Assembly: GCA_966211945.1 (NCBI GenBank)
Contig: CBIHOS010000005.1
Span: 13,665-77,664, forward strand
Source: an uncultured bacterium
GTDB lineage: Bacteria > Acidobacteriota > Vicinamibacteria > Vicinamibacterales > Vicinamibacteraceae
Reading direction: 5' to 3'
DNA length: 64,000 nt
The position numbers and the translations under genes were made by a program. This document shows, in pieces, positions 29,961-39,638 of this stretch. The stretch's first letter is position 1. Each line of letters opens with the position of its first letter. Below the pieces are notes generated by a model. It made no database searches and was not told the origin of the DNA. It saw nothing but the letters and a program-made list of their open reading frames with translations.

Positions 29961-32263
29961 CTCCAGTCAGGTTCACGATCGCGCTGCAGTCCAAACCGGG
30001 AAGCGGTTGGGCCGCCGAGGTCCGCGACGCGCACGGGGTGACGATCGACGGATCGGTACGCACGCTCTCGCCTGTGCCCCTGCCCGATCCCGACGACGAG
30101 TTGCTGACGTTTCCGGCCTGCGCGCTGCCGCTGCCCGGCGGCACGCCGGACGCCCAGGCGCTCGAGGCGCTCGACGCCGCCAGTCTCGGTGCGTGGTACG
30201 CCAACATGGCGTCGGGACAGGCGTCCGACGGTATGCCGCGGACGTTCGGCCGGTATCTCTTCGAGCTCGTGCTCGGCACGCAGGTCTGGGCGGCGATCAC
30301 CGCGCGGGCGGCGGCCGCGCCGATCGATCTGCGAGTCGCGTGCGACCCCGCCGACTGGGCGCTGATGCGCCTGCCCTGGGAGTTGATGCACGATGGCCAG
30401 TACTTCCTGGCCGCGCGTCCCGGCCCGCTCGTGCTCATGAGCCGCGAGATCGTCGCGCCTGGTGCGCCGGCATCGCCGCGCCGCTTCGCGCCGCGCGTGC
30501 TGTTCGTCATCGGCTCGCTGGTGGGCGACACCGAGATCCGCGCCGGCGCCGAGTACCTCGGCCTGCTGCGCCGCCTGCAGGCGCTCGATCTGACCCTCGA
30601 CTGCCGCGTGCTGCGCGAGGCCACCGCGGAACGCCTGCAGGCGGCCATCGCCGACTTCCAGCCCTCGGTCGTCCACTTCATCTGCCATGGCGGCTTCCTG
30701 GAGGGTCGAGGATCGCTGCGGCTGTTGCCGTCCGACCAGGCGTTGCCGTTCCAGGACTACACGGCGCCGCAGTTGCTGAACCTCCTCGCCACCACCGACG
30801 CGGCCGGCACCGTCACGTTCCCGGCCGTCGTCGTCCTCAACGCCTGCTACAGCGCCACGCCTCCTGCGCCGGGCGTCACCGATCCGCTCGACCGGCTGGC
30901 GACGTCGGAGGTGCTCGGCAACGGATCGGGTGCGCTGCCTGTCGGACGCGGCGCGGTGCCGCTGGGCGCCGAACTTGTGGCTGGCGACGGGGCGCACGGC
31001 GGCCCGGCGCTCGTGATCGGCATGGGCGGACAGGTCGCCGACCTGGCCTGCCGGCTCTTCACGCGTCAGTTCTATCAGTCGCTGCTGCGCGGCGATCCGA
31101 CGTGGTCGGCTGCGGCCGGCCGCCGCGGCGCGTTCACCCACGGCTTCGACCCGCGCGACACGATCGACTGGGCGACGCCGGTCGTCTTCGTCGAGTCGCA
31201 GGCCGCCCTCGTCGTCGACCCGCAGGAACTCGATCTCGCCCGGCGGCGCGCCATCGTCGCGCACCAACTGCGCAGCCAGGACGATCCGGCGGCGTTCTGC
31301 GGCCGCCTGACCTACTTCGACGACTGGCGCGAGATCACGCACGCGCCGCGCGGTTCGTCGCGGCGGCTGCTCGGCATCTCGATCAGCGACACCGATCCGG
31401 AGAAGCGCGTCGGCGGGTCGCGCCTGCTCGAGGAGCTGGCGGTCGCCGCCATCCACGCCGGGCACGTGCCGTGCCTGCGCGTCCATCGCGAGGCGTCACC
31501 GGAGCGGCCGTCGGACATCTCCGGCATCGCCCGCGAGATCCTCGCCGTGGCCCTCGACGTGCGCGTCAAGTACGGCCTGCTGCCGCACGACTGGGCGCCG
31601 GAGGTCATCGACCTTCATCTGCACCTGCGCGGCACGGCGGTCGACCTGCCGCTGCCGGTCGCGCGGGCGCTCGCCATCAGCGAGGCCGACGCCTTCCGCA
31701 CCGCGTTGCAGCGCGACCTCTGGCGCATTCGCGACGAGGTCGCCGCCCACGTCACGGCGCCGGTTGGGATCCAGGGGCGTCCGCTTGTCGTGGTGCTGCT
31801 CGACGAAGTGCAGCGCTATGCCGGCGCGGCGGGCCGCTTCGTCGCCGATCTGCTGCGCGCGGGCGGGCTTGGCACCGAGCAGGATCCGATTCCGGTCGCC
31901 TTCACGTACCGGAAGGACCTGAACTACGCCGAGCCGTACGAGCAGGTGCGCAAGGCGCTCGACGCCGTCTCCAACTGGGCGATTCGCCACGAGCTGCACC
32001 CTCTGCGCGAAGCCGCCACTGACCGCTCTATCTATTTGCACCTCCTGCTCCAGCGGACGCCGCCGCTCGTACCCGCGGCCAACCTGCCCTCCGGTCAACT
32101 GGACGGCTGGCTGGGCATCATCCACAACGCGACAGACAGGGGTTACCCGTCGCAGCTGAAGAGCACCGCCCCGGCTCTGAAGATTGCCCTCATGGCCTGT
32201 CAACTCGCCAACGTCATCGTCGAGGCCGACGACGAGCGTGTGCTCGCCGGGCTGGGGAAGTGA
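29957..32263 (+). CDS. CHAT (caspase-like) protease fused to a degenerate STAND-like NTPase
   Basis: LMRLPWELM, VHFICHGG (His), VVLNACYS (Cys), FTRQFYQSLLRG; C-terminal VGGSRLLEELA (Walker A lacking Lys) and VVLLDEVQ. ATGA overlap with the upstream gene. Confidence 0.8.
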   Translation: MTPVRFTIALQSKPGSGWAAEVRDAHGVTIDGSVRTLSPVPLPDPDDELLTFPACALPLPGGTPDAQALEALDAASLGAWYANMASGQASDGMPRTFGRYLFELVLGTQVWAAITARAAAAPIDLRVACDPADWALMRLPWELMHDGQYFLAARPGPLVLMSREIVAPGAPASPRRFAPRVLFVIGSLVGDTEIRAGAEYLGLLRRLQALDLTLDCRVLREATAERLQAAIADFQPSVVHFICHGGFLEGRGSLRLLPSDQALPFQDYTAPQLLNLLATTDAAGTVTFPAVVVLNACYSATPPAPGVTDPLDRLATSEVLGNGSGALPVGRGAVPLGAELVAGDGAHGGPALVIGMGGQVADLACRLFTRQFYQSLLRGDPTWSAAAGRRGAFTHGFDPRDTIDWATPVVFVESQAALVVDPQELDLARRRAIVAHQLRSQDDPAAFCGRLTYFDDWREITHAPRGSSRRLLGISISDTDPEKRVGGSRLLEELAVAAIHAGHVPCLRVHREASPERPSDISGIAREILAVALDVRVKYGLLPHDWAPEVIDLHLHLRGTAVDLPLPVARALAISEADAFRTALQRDLWRIRDEVAAHVTAPVGIQGRPLVVVLLDEVQRYAGAAGRFVADLLRAGGLGTEQDPIPVAFTYRKDLNYAEPYEQVRKALDAVSNWAIRHELHPLREAATDRSIYLHLLLQRTPPLVPAANLPSGQLDGWLGIIHNATDRGYPSQLKSTAPALKIALMACQLANVIVEADDERVLAGLGK

Positions 32264-32267
32264 GCGC

Positions 32268-35200
32268 ATGAGGCCCGAGACGACGTTCACGCCACAGCAC
32301 GCCGCCGACCTGCTGGCCCAGGCCCGGGCCGAACTTGAACTCGAGTCGCTTGCGCGCCTGCCCACCGTCACGCTGCCGGAGACCGCGCGCTGGCTGTGCC
32401 TGGTGCCGGCATGGACGCCGGCACTCGCGGTCCGATGCGGTCTGCCGGGGTGGTCGGACGGCGCCGAGGTGGCCGTGCTCGATGCCTGGCGCGACGAAGG
32501 ACTGGTCGAGACCACGCTGACGGCGCTGGCGATCGACGATCTCGGGCAGTTCATTCCGGCGCAGCGCCTGTTCTGGATGCCCCGCGACGCCCGCCTCGCG
32601 TGGCTGTCACGCGTCCTCGCCGAGGACGGCAGCGAGCGGCTCGTGGCGCTGATGCGCAGCATCGCCCGGCGCGTCTCAACGCAGCCGCGCGATCAGCACC
32701 TGCCCCAGGCCACCTGGCGGTGGGCGACGCTGGCCGCGGTCGAACCGGGCGCGTCGCCGACGCTGGCTGCCGTGTTCGAGGCGGCGATCGACGAGGCGCT
32801 GGCAGGCAGCCGGCAGGACGATGCCTGGTTGTGGATCGAGGCGATGCAGCGCGTGGCCGACGTGACGCCCGGCGAGGCGACGACGCTGCACCAGCGTGCG
32901 GTGCGGCGGCTGGCTCTATTCGATCGACAGCGGAACGACCGCGCCTCCCTGCGGCACTATCTCGCGCGTCCGGAGCAGTTCGACGCGTGGCGCGCGCTGC
33001 TGACCGGGCCGCACGATCGATGGGCGCTGCACTACCTGGGTGGCGGCGGCGTCGGCAAGACGATGCTCATGCGGGCGCTGACGTCAGGCACCGCCGAGCA
33101 CTTTCCACCCGGCTTCGATGCACCGCCGACAGTCACGGCCCGCATCGACTTCGATCACATAAATCCGGACTATCCGGCGCGACGCCCCGGCCTGCTCTTC
33201 GCGCACCTGGCCGAGGAACTGCGGCTCAAGGACGAGACCGGGCGCGCCGCGGAGGCGTTCGCGCTGCTGTTCAGCAGGATCGCGCTGCTGCACGAAAGTC
33301 CGTCTGGCCGCTCCATCGAGCGGACCACCGTCGATCGGCCGGACGGGGGCGCGGTCGAGGACGTGCTGGACGTGTTCGTGCTGGCCTGTGAAGCGGTGGC
33401 GGCGCCGCGCGCGGCGCGCGTCGTCCTCATGCTCGACACCTGCGAGGAGCTGGCCCGCCTCGGCCCCGACGGACGGCTGCCCGAGAGCGTCGAGCGGACC
33501 TTCGAGTTGCTCGAGGCCCTGCACATGCGCATGCCTGAGCTGCGCGTCGTGCTGTGCGGCCGCCGTCCGCTCGCCGGCACGTACGCCGATGGCGACGTGG
33601 TGAGCCCGGTACTGCCACCCAGGCCCTGGATGCGCCTGCACCGGATGTTCGCGTTCTCTGAAGCGGAAGCCAACACCTACCTGTCGCGATCGGGCGTGCC
33701 CGAGCCGCTGGTTGCGCCGATCCTGGCGCGCAGCGGCGCCGCCGCCTCGTCGGCCTCGCTCGGGCTGCCGGCATCGGACGGCACCCGCCGGTACAGCCCG
33801 TTCAGCCTGTCGGTCTATGCCACGTGGGTGTCGCAGCGCGATGCCAGCGTCGACCCCGATGCGATTCTCAACGACCCGGTCGATCACTTCGTGCGCATCC
33901 GGATCCTCGACCGCATCCACAACGCCGACGTGCGGCGGGTGCTGCCGCACGTCGCCCTGCTGGGCCGCTTCGACGAAGCGACGCTGCGGCGCGCGGTCGA
34001 TCTCCACAGCGAGACCGCCGACGCGATCATCCGCGAGGTCGTCGCCCAGGAGTGGATCGACCGGCAGGCCGGCGGCTTCTGCGAGGTCGAGCCTGAACTC
34101 CGGGTGCGGCTGCTGCGCCACCTCGAGCAGGCGTCGCCCCAGGAAGTGCAGGCGGCCCGCCGTCGCGTGCTGCCGGTCCTGTGGGAGTCGCTGGACGCCG
34201 CGCCGCCGTTCGACGTGCCCGACGAACCGATCGTCCAATCGCTCGTCCAGGCGCTGTTGTCCGATCCCGGCGGCCTGCTCACCGCCTGGCGCATCGTCGA
34301 CGCACGGGTCGTGCGCGGCAGCCATGCCGCCTGGGGCGTGAGGGTGCTCGGCCGGCTGCTCGCCGACGATGCGGCGCTGGCCGCGCCGGCGATCGAGGCC
34401 GGCACGTGGGGCGCGTTCGTGACGACGTACGCCGAGTGTGCGCTGCACGAACAAGGCGCCGCGGCCACCGAGGACCTGTGGCGCCGCGCCTGGGACGGCG
34501 TCCAGCAACTGGCCGACGCCGAGGAGCGCGCGTCGGTCCTCGTGCGCGTGGCGAGCGGCGGTCTCGCGCAGGCGGTGGCGGCGGTGGACAACGGCATCGC
34601 CGTCGATCTGTGGGTGCTGCGGCTCTACAACCTGCTGTCGGATCGACACGTGCGCGTGACCGCCCCGTCGCATCTCGCGCCGGCGATCGCGGCGCTGATG
34701 GCGTGCGCCGACGCGGTCGACGCGCAGGCGGATCCGCTGGCCCCGGCGCCGCCGATGCTCGAGCGGATGGCGTCGCTGGCCGCCGAAGTCGTGCACGCTC
34801 CGGCGCGTGCGATGGCGTTGATCTGCGAAGGGCGCTTCGCTCGCCGCCGGCAGGACGCCGCGCTGGCCAGCAAGCGCTTCGTCGACGCGTTGCAGACGAT
34901 GACGGGCAGCGAGGAGCGCGAGCTGATTGCGTGCCTGCAGTGGCCGGCCTGTCTCCGTGCCGAGAGGGTGACTGGTGGACGCGCATCGGATCGGCTCGAT
35001 CCCACGGCATGGGTCACCCTCGAGGCGATGCGCGGCCTTGCGGGCCTGGAACCGATCGACGCGACGCTCGCGCGGTTCGACGGACTGCCGCCGGTCCAGG
35101 GCGCGATCTCCGCGGGCCGCCTGCAGGCGCTGAGACTCTCGCTGGCGGCCGCCATTCGCGTGCCCGACAGGTCCGATGTGACGGATCGGCCGACGCAGGC

Positions 35201-37733
35201 CCTGCCGTCGGGGGCGCAGCAGGAAGTCGCGCTGGCGTTGACGACGGCGCACCGTGCCATCCTTCCCGCCGCCGCCGTCTCGGCTCTCGAGATCATCGAG
35301 CTGGGACGGCCCGACCTCGGGTTCCGCTGGCTCGCCGAACTGACGTCGATCGCCACGAGCGCGCGCAACACCGCGGTTGCCGCGGCGATTCGCCGGGCCG
35401 AGTCCGAGGCGGCGACGCGGCTGCGCCTCGGTGATCTGCCGCCCTATGCGAGGCAGCTCGCCGCGCATGCCGAGGCGCTACCGCATCAGGATCGCGAGCG
35501 GGTCCGCGCTTTCCTGCCGCCCAACGCGTTGCCGCCGACTTCCGACGAGGCAGCCCGCACGCGGGGCGCCTGTCACGCGATGTGGCGGGCCCGAGCGGCG
35601 CTCGACGACACCGAACGGGCCGCACTGGCGGAGTGGGGCCGCCGCGTCATTCTGGCGGCCCCTGAGGACGACAGCGAGTTCGCCTCGGCCTCGGTCGCGC
35701 TCGACCTCGTGGAGTGCAGCGACCTGGGCGTCGACGCCGAAGTGGCCACGCACCTGACGCCGACCTCGCCCGAGGACTGGTGGCACCGGCACCCGGCCGC
35801 GCCGGAGCTGGCCCTGCGCGTCTGGATTCGGAGCGCCGCCCTGGGCGTGTCGCCGGGAGGCCCGACCACGGAGCTCGTGAGACGTGTTGGCGTCCGCCGC
35901 GCCGCGGCCATCGCGTCGGAGGAGGGTGAGCTGCTGGCGCTGCGGCTGCCGGGCCAGGCCTTGCGCCTGCTCGCGCTCGCCCTGACCTGGTACGAGGATG
36001 CGCACGACGCGCTCGGCATCTGGCAGGTCTCGGCGCTGCTGTCGCTGACCCGCGTGAGGGCGGGAGTCCCGCGCGAGAGCATCGATCTCGGCGCCCTCCA
36101 GGCCGCCCACGACACCGTCTTCGCGCTCCAGCAGGCGAGCGCCGGTCCTCTGGGCCTGCTGCCGTGGACTGCGCTGGCGACCGGCGCTGCGCCGCTGGCG
36201 GTGCCGCCGGCCGGGGCCGAATGGGTGCCCTGGCTGCATCGTGTGATGGCGTTACAGCAATGGGTCGTCGGTGGCGTGCGTCCCGAGGTGGTCTTCGGCG
36301 CGGGCGCGCAGCTGCCGATCGAACTGCGCGGCTGGCCCGGCGGACGCGGCGACGCGATGACGACGACCCAGTCGGGGATCACGGCGGCAGCGGCGCCGCC
36401 GGCTGCGGCACCGGCGAGCGTACCGGCCGCGATGCCGCCCGCCCCGGTGGGCGCGCCCGGGGGATCCGTGCCGCCCTCGGCCGGCCACCCCACCGTGCCC
36501 GGCCCGGCGCGCTCGCCGGCCAGAGCCGGTTCCGCGATGCGCGCCGGCGCGCTCGTCGCCGGTGCCGTGGTCACCGCCGCGCTGGCGTTGGGGGGCGCTC
36601 CTTCCTGGGCATTCGGACTGGCCATCGCGCTGCTGCTCGGCCTGCTCGCGTGGACGGTGATTTGGCTGCGCGACGATCCCGACGCCACCGTTGCGCCGCC
36701 GATCGTGTGGACGGCGCGCGTCGTGGAGGCCGGCGGCAGCAGTGCCGCCGCCCGCATCGCCGCGCTGGATCTGTCGGTGTCGATCCACGACGACCGCGGC
36801 AACGCGATCACGACCGTCCCGATGCGGGTCAGACGCACCGATGCCTTCGCCGGACTCGATGCGCTGCGGCAGCCACCGGCCGGCACGGCCCTGTCGGCCC
36901 CGCTGCCGCGCACGCCCGCGCTGAAGCGGACCTGGCTCGAAGTCGCGGTGGCCAACGCCTGGCCCTGCTGGGAGGCGCTTCTGTGGTCCGGCCTGCTCGA
37001 TCGAGACCGGCTGTACCCGTCGGTCGTGCGGCGCGTGCCGGCGGCGCGCGCGGCCAGGCCCCTGGAACCGGCGACGGGAGGCGTGTGGAGCGTCGCGACC
37101 GTGTCCGCCTCGTCGAGCGACGAGCGCCAGGCGCTGTACGCGTGGGAACCCGCGACCCGCGCCGGGCACGTGCGGACGCGCCCGATCGCTGCCGAGGCGG
37201 TGCGCGCCGGCATGCCCGAGGACGGCGTCCAGGTCGCGCACGTCATCGCGCTGCCGGTCGACACGCCGCAGGGGCTGTTCTTCGAGGTGTCGAGCGGCGA
37301 CGCGGCCCAGTACAAGGAGACGCTCGAGTCACTTGCGGTCGATCGCGGCACGCTCTTCGACGCGTCACGGATCACGCACGCGTTCCCAGACGTGGCGTGC
37401 GTGCTGATCCAGCCGCCGAGGCGCCCGTCGCTCGACCTGACGCCGGCCGCCCGCGAAACGTGCGCGCAGCTGCGGGTGATTGGCGCGGCCCTCGCCGAGC
37501 ACGGCGTGTCGCTCGTCGTCGTGCTGCCGCCGCTCGACGGAGAGCTCGGCGCCGACCTCGTGCGGCTGCTGGGGCGACGTCTGGCGGGCCTGCGCGCCGG
37601 CCGCACCATCGATCCGCACGAGTTCGTCACGCGCGCCCGCGAGATCACGATGGCGCACGCGCAACGTGTGCTGCCGCGCGATGCCGCCATCGAGCTGGCG
37701 CTGCAGATCGCCGTGTACGCGGCGCGGGCATGA
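32268..37733 (+). CDS. Large STAND (AAA_16/NACHT-like) NTPase with helical repeats, a two-helix membrane hairpin and a C-terminal pseudo-CHAT domain
   Basis: Walker A GGGGVGKT (33039-33062), Walker B LMLDTCEE, VVLCGR; hydrophobic hairpin ~36546-36669; degenerate CHAT-like tail. Confidence 0.75.
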   Translation: MRPETTFTPQHAADLLAQARAELELESLARLPTVTLPETARWLCLVPAWTPALAVRCGLPGWSDGAEVAVLDAWRDEGLVETTLTALAIDDLGQFIPAQRLFWMPRDARLAWLSRVLAEDGSERLVALMRSIARRVSTQPRDQHLPQATWRWATLAAVEPGASPTLAAVFEAAIDEALAGSRQDDAWLWIEAMQRVADVTPGEATTLHQRAVRRLALFDRQRNDRASLRHYLARPEQFDAWRALLTGPHDRWALHYLGGGGVGKTMLMRALTSGTAEHFPPGFDAPPTVTARIDFDHINPDYPARRPGLLFAHLAEELRLKDETGRAAEAFALLFSRIALLHESPSGRSIERTTVDRPDGGAVEDVLDVFVLACEAVAAPRAARVVLMLDTCEELARLGPDGRLPESVERTFELLEALHMRMPELRVVLCGRRPLAGTYADGDVVSPVLPPRPWMRLHRMFAFSEAEANTYLSRSGVPEPLVAPILARSGAAASSASLGLPASDGTRRYSPFSLSVYATWVSQRDASVDPDAILNDPVDHFVRIRILDRIHNADVRRVLPHVALLGRFDEATLRRAVDLHSETADAIIREVVAQEWIDRQAGGFCEVEPELRVRLLRHLEQASPQEVQAARRRVLPVLWESLDAAPPFDVPDEPIVQSLVQALLSDPGGLLTAWRIVDARVVRGSHAAWGVRVLGRLLADDAALAAPAIEAGTWGAFVTTYAECALHEQGAAATEDLWRRAWDGVQQLADAEERASVLVRVASGGLAQAVAAVDNGIAVDLWVLRLYNLLSDRHVRVTAPSHLAPAIAALMACADAVDAQADPLAPAPPMLERMASLAAEVVHAPARAMALICEGRFARRRQDAALASKRFVDALQTMTGSEERELIACLQWPACLRAERVTGGRASDRLDPTAWVTLEAMRGLAGLEPIDATLARFDGLPPVQGAISAGRLQALRLSLAAAIRVPDRSDVTDRPTQALPSGAQQEVALALTTAHRAILPAAAVSALEIIELGRPDLGFRWLAELTSIATSARNTAVAAAIRRAESEAATRLRLGDLPPYARQLAAHAEALPHQDRERVRAFLPPNALPPTSDEAARTRGACHAMWRARAALDDTERAALAEWGRRVILAAPEDDSEFASASVALDLVECSDLGVDAEVATHLTPTSPEDWWHRHPAAPELALRVWIRSAALGVSPGGPTTELVRRVGVRRAAAIASEEGELLALRLPGQALRLLALALTWYEDAHDALGIWQVSALLSLTRVRAGVPRESIDLGALQAAHDTVFALQQASAGPLGLLPWTALATGAAPLAVPPAGAEWVPWLHRVMALQQWVVGGVRPEVVFGAGAQLPIELRGWPGGRGDAMTTTQSGITAAAAPPAAAPASVPAAMPPAPVGAPGGSVPPSAGHPTVPGPARSPARAGSAMRAGALVAGAVVTAALALGGAPSWAFGLAIALLLGLLAWTVIWLRDDPDATVAPPIVWTARVVEAGGSSAAARIAALDLSVSIHDDRGNAITTVPMRVRRTDAFAGLDALRQPPAGTALSAPLPRTPALKRTWLEVAVANAWPCWEALLWSGLLDRDRLYPSVVRRVPAARAARPLEPATGGVWSVATVSASSSDERQALYAWEPATRAGHVRTRPIAAEAVRAGMPEDGVQVAHVIALPVDTPQGLFFEVSSGDAAQYKETLESLAVDRGTLFDASRITHAFPDVACVLIQPPRRPSLDLTPAARETCAQLRVIGAALAEHGVSLVVVLPPLDGELGADLVRLLGRRLAGLRAGRTIDPHEFVTRAREITMAHAQRVLPRDAAIELALQIAVYAARA

Positions 37734-37743
37734 GGAGGATCCG

Positions 37744-38808
37744 GTGCCGCTGCTCGACACCCTGAAGGACTGGTGGGCTCACGACGCGTCGGGGGCCGTC
37801 GTCCACGACCTTGCCGCGGCCGCCGTCACGCCGTCCGGCGACACCGGCGCGGCGTGCACGGCCGGCCTGCACTACTTCCGCCTGTGGCTCGCCGAGATGC
37901 GCGTAGCTCGCGACAAGGAGTGGTTCGCGACGCGCCATCCGGCGGTGCACGCCCTCGTCCGCCTGCGCTTCGGCGACGTCATGGTGGAACTGCCGACGAT
38001 CGCCGGCCCGATGTCGCTGCCCGGACTCGATGAGGCGCACCTCGGCGACGTCGTGCAGCTCGACTACCCGCTGACGCCCCTGCTTCCCTACAACGGCGGC
38101 ATCGTCGAAGTCGCGGCCGGACTGGTGGCGCTCGAGGGCGGCCGCGTGCTCGGCGAGTTCATCGGCGCGATCGAGACCGTGACGTCCGTGCTCGCGCAGC
38201 CGCCGCTGTCGACGGCACTCGCGGCGGTCGGCCCCGTGACGAGCGCCGTGCAGACGCTGTTCGGCGCGGGCAAGGGGCGTCAGCACCTGGGCCTGCACGT
38301 GGCGTATGCCGGCGCCGGCGCGCCACAGGCGCTGCACGCCGGCTACCTTGCGGTCGTGCGGCGGGCGGCCGCGCCGATCGACGCTGCAGCGCTGCGCGTC
38401 GAGACGGGCCGTCTTCGGCTGCGCGGAGAGCCGCTCGACGGCGCGGACTCGATGCTGTTCAGAATCGAACGGATGACCGAGCGCGATGACTGGGACAGTC
38501 TCGCGACCATCGCGCGTCCGTTCAGGGACGCGCTCACCGCGCTGGCGCACCGCGACGAGACGATGGCCGAGGCGCTGGTGCGGCGGGCCGTGCTCGAGGC
38601 GTACTCGTCTCCCGACTTGACCCGCGCCGATCGGCCGCGCGTGTGCGCGGAGATCAAGCGCACCTACCAGGACGCGCGCGACGCCGGGCTCGGTCTCGAG
38701 CGGAGTGCGACGTCGCTGTCGCAGGCGATGGCCGCGGCGCTGCCGGCCGCGACGCTGGCGCGGCAGGCGCCGCCGACCCTGTCGTCCTTGCTGGACCTGA
38801 CCACGTGA
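37744..38808 (+). CDS. Hypothetical protein in the protease operon (candidate effector or substrate)
   Basis: GAGGAGG RBS + GTG; beta-rich N-half, amphipathic/hydrophobic central helices, helical tail; no family recognised. Confidence 0.65.
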   Translation: MPLLDTLKDWWAHDASGAVVHDLAAAAVTPSGDTGAACTAGLHYFRLWLAEMRVARDKEWFATRHPAVHALVRLRFGDVMVELPTIAGPMSLPGLDEAHLGDVVQLDYPLTPLLPYNGGIVEVAAGLVALEGGRVLGEFIGAIETVTSVLAQPPLSTALAAVGPVTSAVQTLFGAGKGRQHLGLHVAYAGAGAPQALHAGYLAVVRRAAAPIDAAALRVETGRLRLRGEPLDGADSMLFRIERMTERDDWDSLATIARPFRDALTALAHRDETMAEALVRRAVLEAYSSPDLTRADRPRVCAEIKRTYQDARDAGLGLERSATSLSQAMAAALPAATLARQAPPTLSSLLDLTT

Positions 38809-38820
38809 GCGGAGAGTGAC

Positions 38821-39624
38821 ATGGCCAAGAAAGCCCTGTGTGTCGGCATCAACGACTACCCGTACGACGGGTCCGATCTCAATGGATGCGTCAACGACGC
38901 GAACGCATGGGCCGCCGTGCTGAAGGAGCTCTACGGCTTTGCGGACGTCGCGCTGCTGCTGGATGCCGAGGCCACCCGCGTCCGGATGCTCGACGGCCTG
39001 AAGACGCTGCTGGCCGGCGCCGCCGCCGGCGACGTGCTCGTCTTCACCAACTCCTCGCACGGCTCGTACAAGGCCGACACCGACGGCGACGAGGAGAAGT
39101 ACGACGAGATCCTCTGCCCGTACGACATCGCCGACAACGACATCGCCGACGATGACCTCAGGCAGCTGTTCGCGAACCTGCCGGCCGGCGTCCACCTGAC
39201 GGTGGTCCTCGACAACTGCCATTCGGGCACCGCGACGCGCGCTTCCGTTTCCGACATCATTCCCGGGCTGCGGACGCCGGACGACCGGCGCGTGCGGTTC
39301 CTCAGCCCGGCGCTGCGCGGCGGCAAGGTGCTCGAGAACCCGTGGGCGGCCAAGCCGAAGCGGCAGATCGCGCATCCCGAGTCCGCGATGAAGGAGGTGC
39401 TGCTCTCCGGCTGCACCGACAAGCAGTACTCCTACGACGCCAGCATCGAGGGCACCTACCACGGGGCGATGACCTTCTACGCGATCAAGGCGATTCGCGA
39501 ATCGCCCGGGCTGCTCACGTACAATCGCCTGCACAAGCGCATCGCGAGTCTGATCGAGGACTATCCGCAGAATCCGCAGCTGGAGGGCAGCAGCGCCAAC
39601 AAGCGGCGGAAGCTGTTCACCTGA
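38821..39624 (+). CDS. Peptidase C14 metacaspase/orthocaspase
   Basis: KKALCVGINDY, LNGCVNDA, SSHGS (His), LDNCHSG (Cys), GAMTFY, QNPQLEG. Confidence 0.93.
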   Translation: MAKKALCVGINDYPYDGSDLNGCVNDANAWAAVLKELYGFADVALLLDAEATRVRMLDGLKTLLAGAAAGDVLVFTNSSHGSYKADTDGDEEKYDEILCPYDIADNDIADDDLRQLFANLPAGVHLTVVLDNCHSGTATRASVSDIIPGLRTPDDRRVRFLSPALRGGKVLENPWAAKPKRQIAHPESAMKEVLLSGCTDKQYSYDASIEGTYHGAMTFYAIKAIRESPGLLTYNRLHKRIASLIEDYPQNPQLEGSSANKRRKLFT

Positions 39625-39638
39625 GGACACGGTCGCCC

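Noticed and set aside
37744-38808. Direct call as a bacterial gasdermin
   Set aside because: No recognisable gasdermin signature (e.g. no Cys near the N-terminus); kept only as a positional hypothesis.
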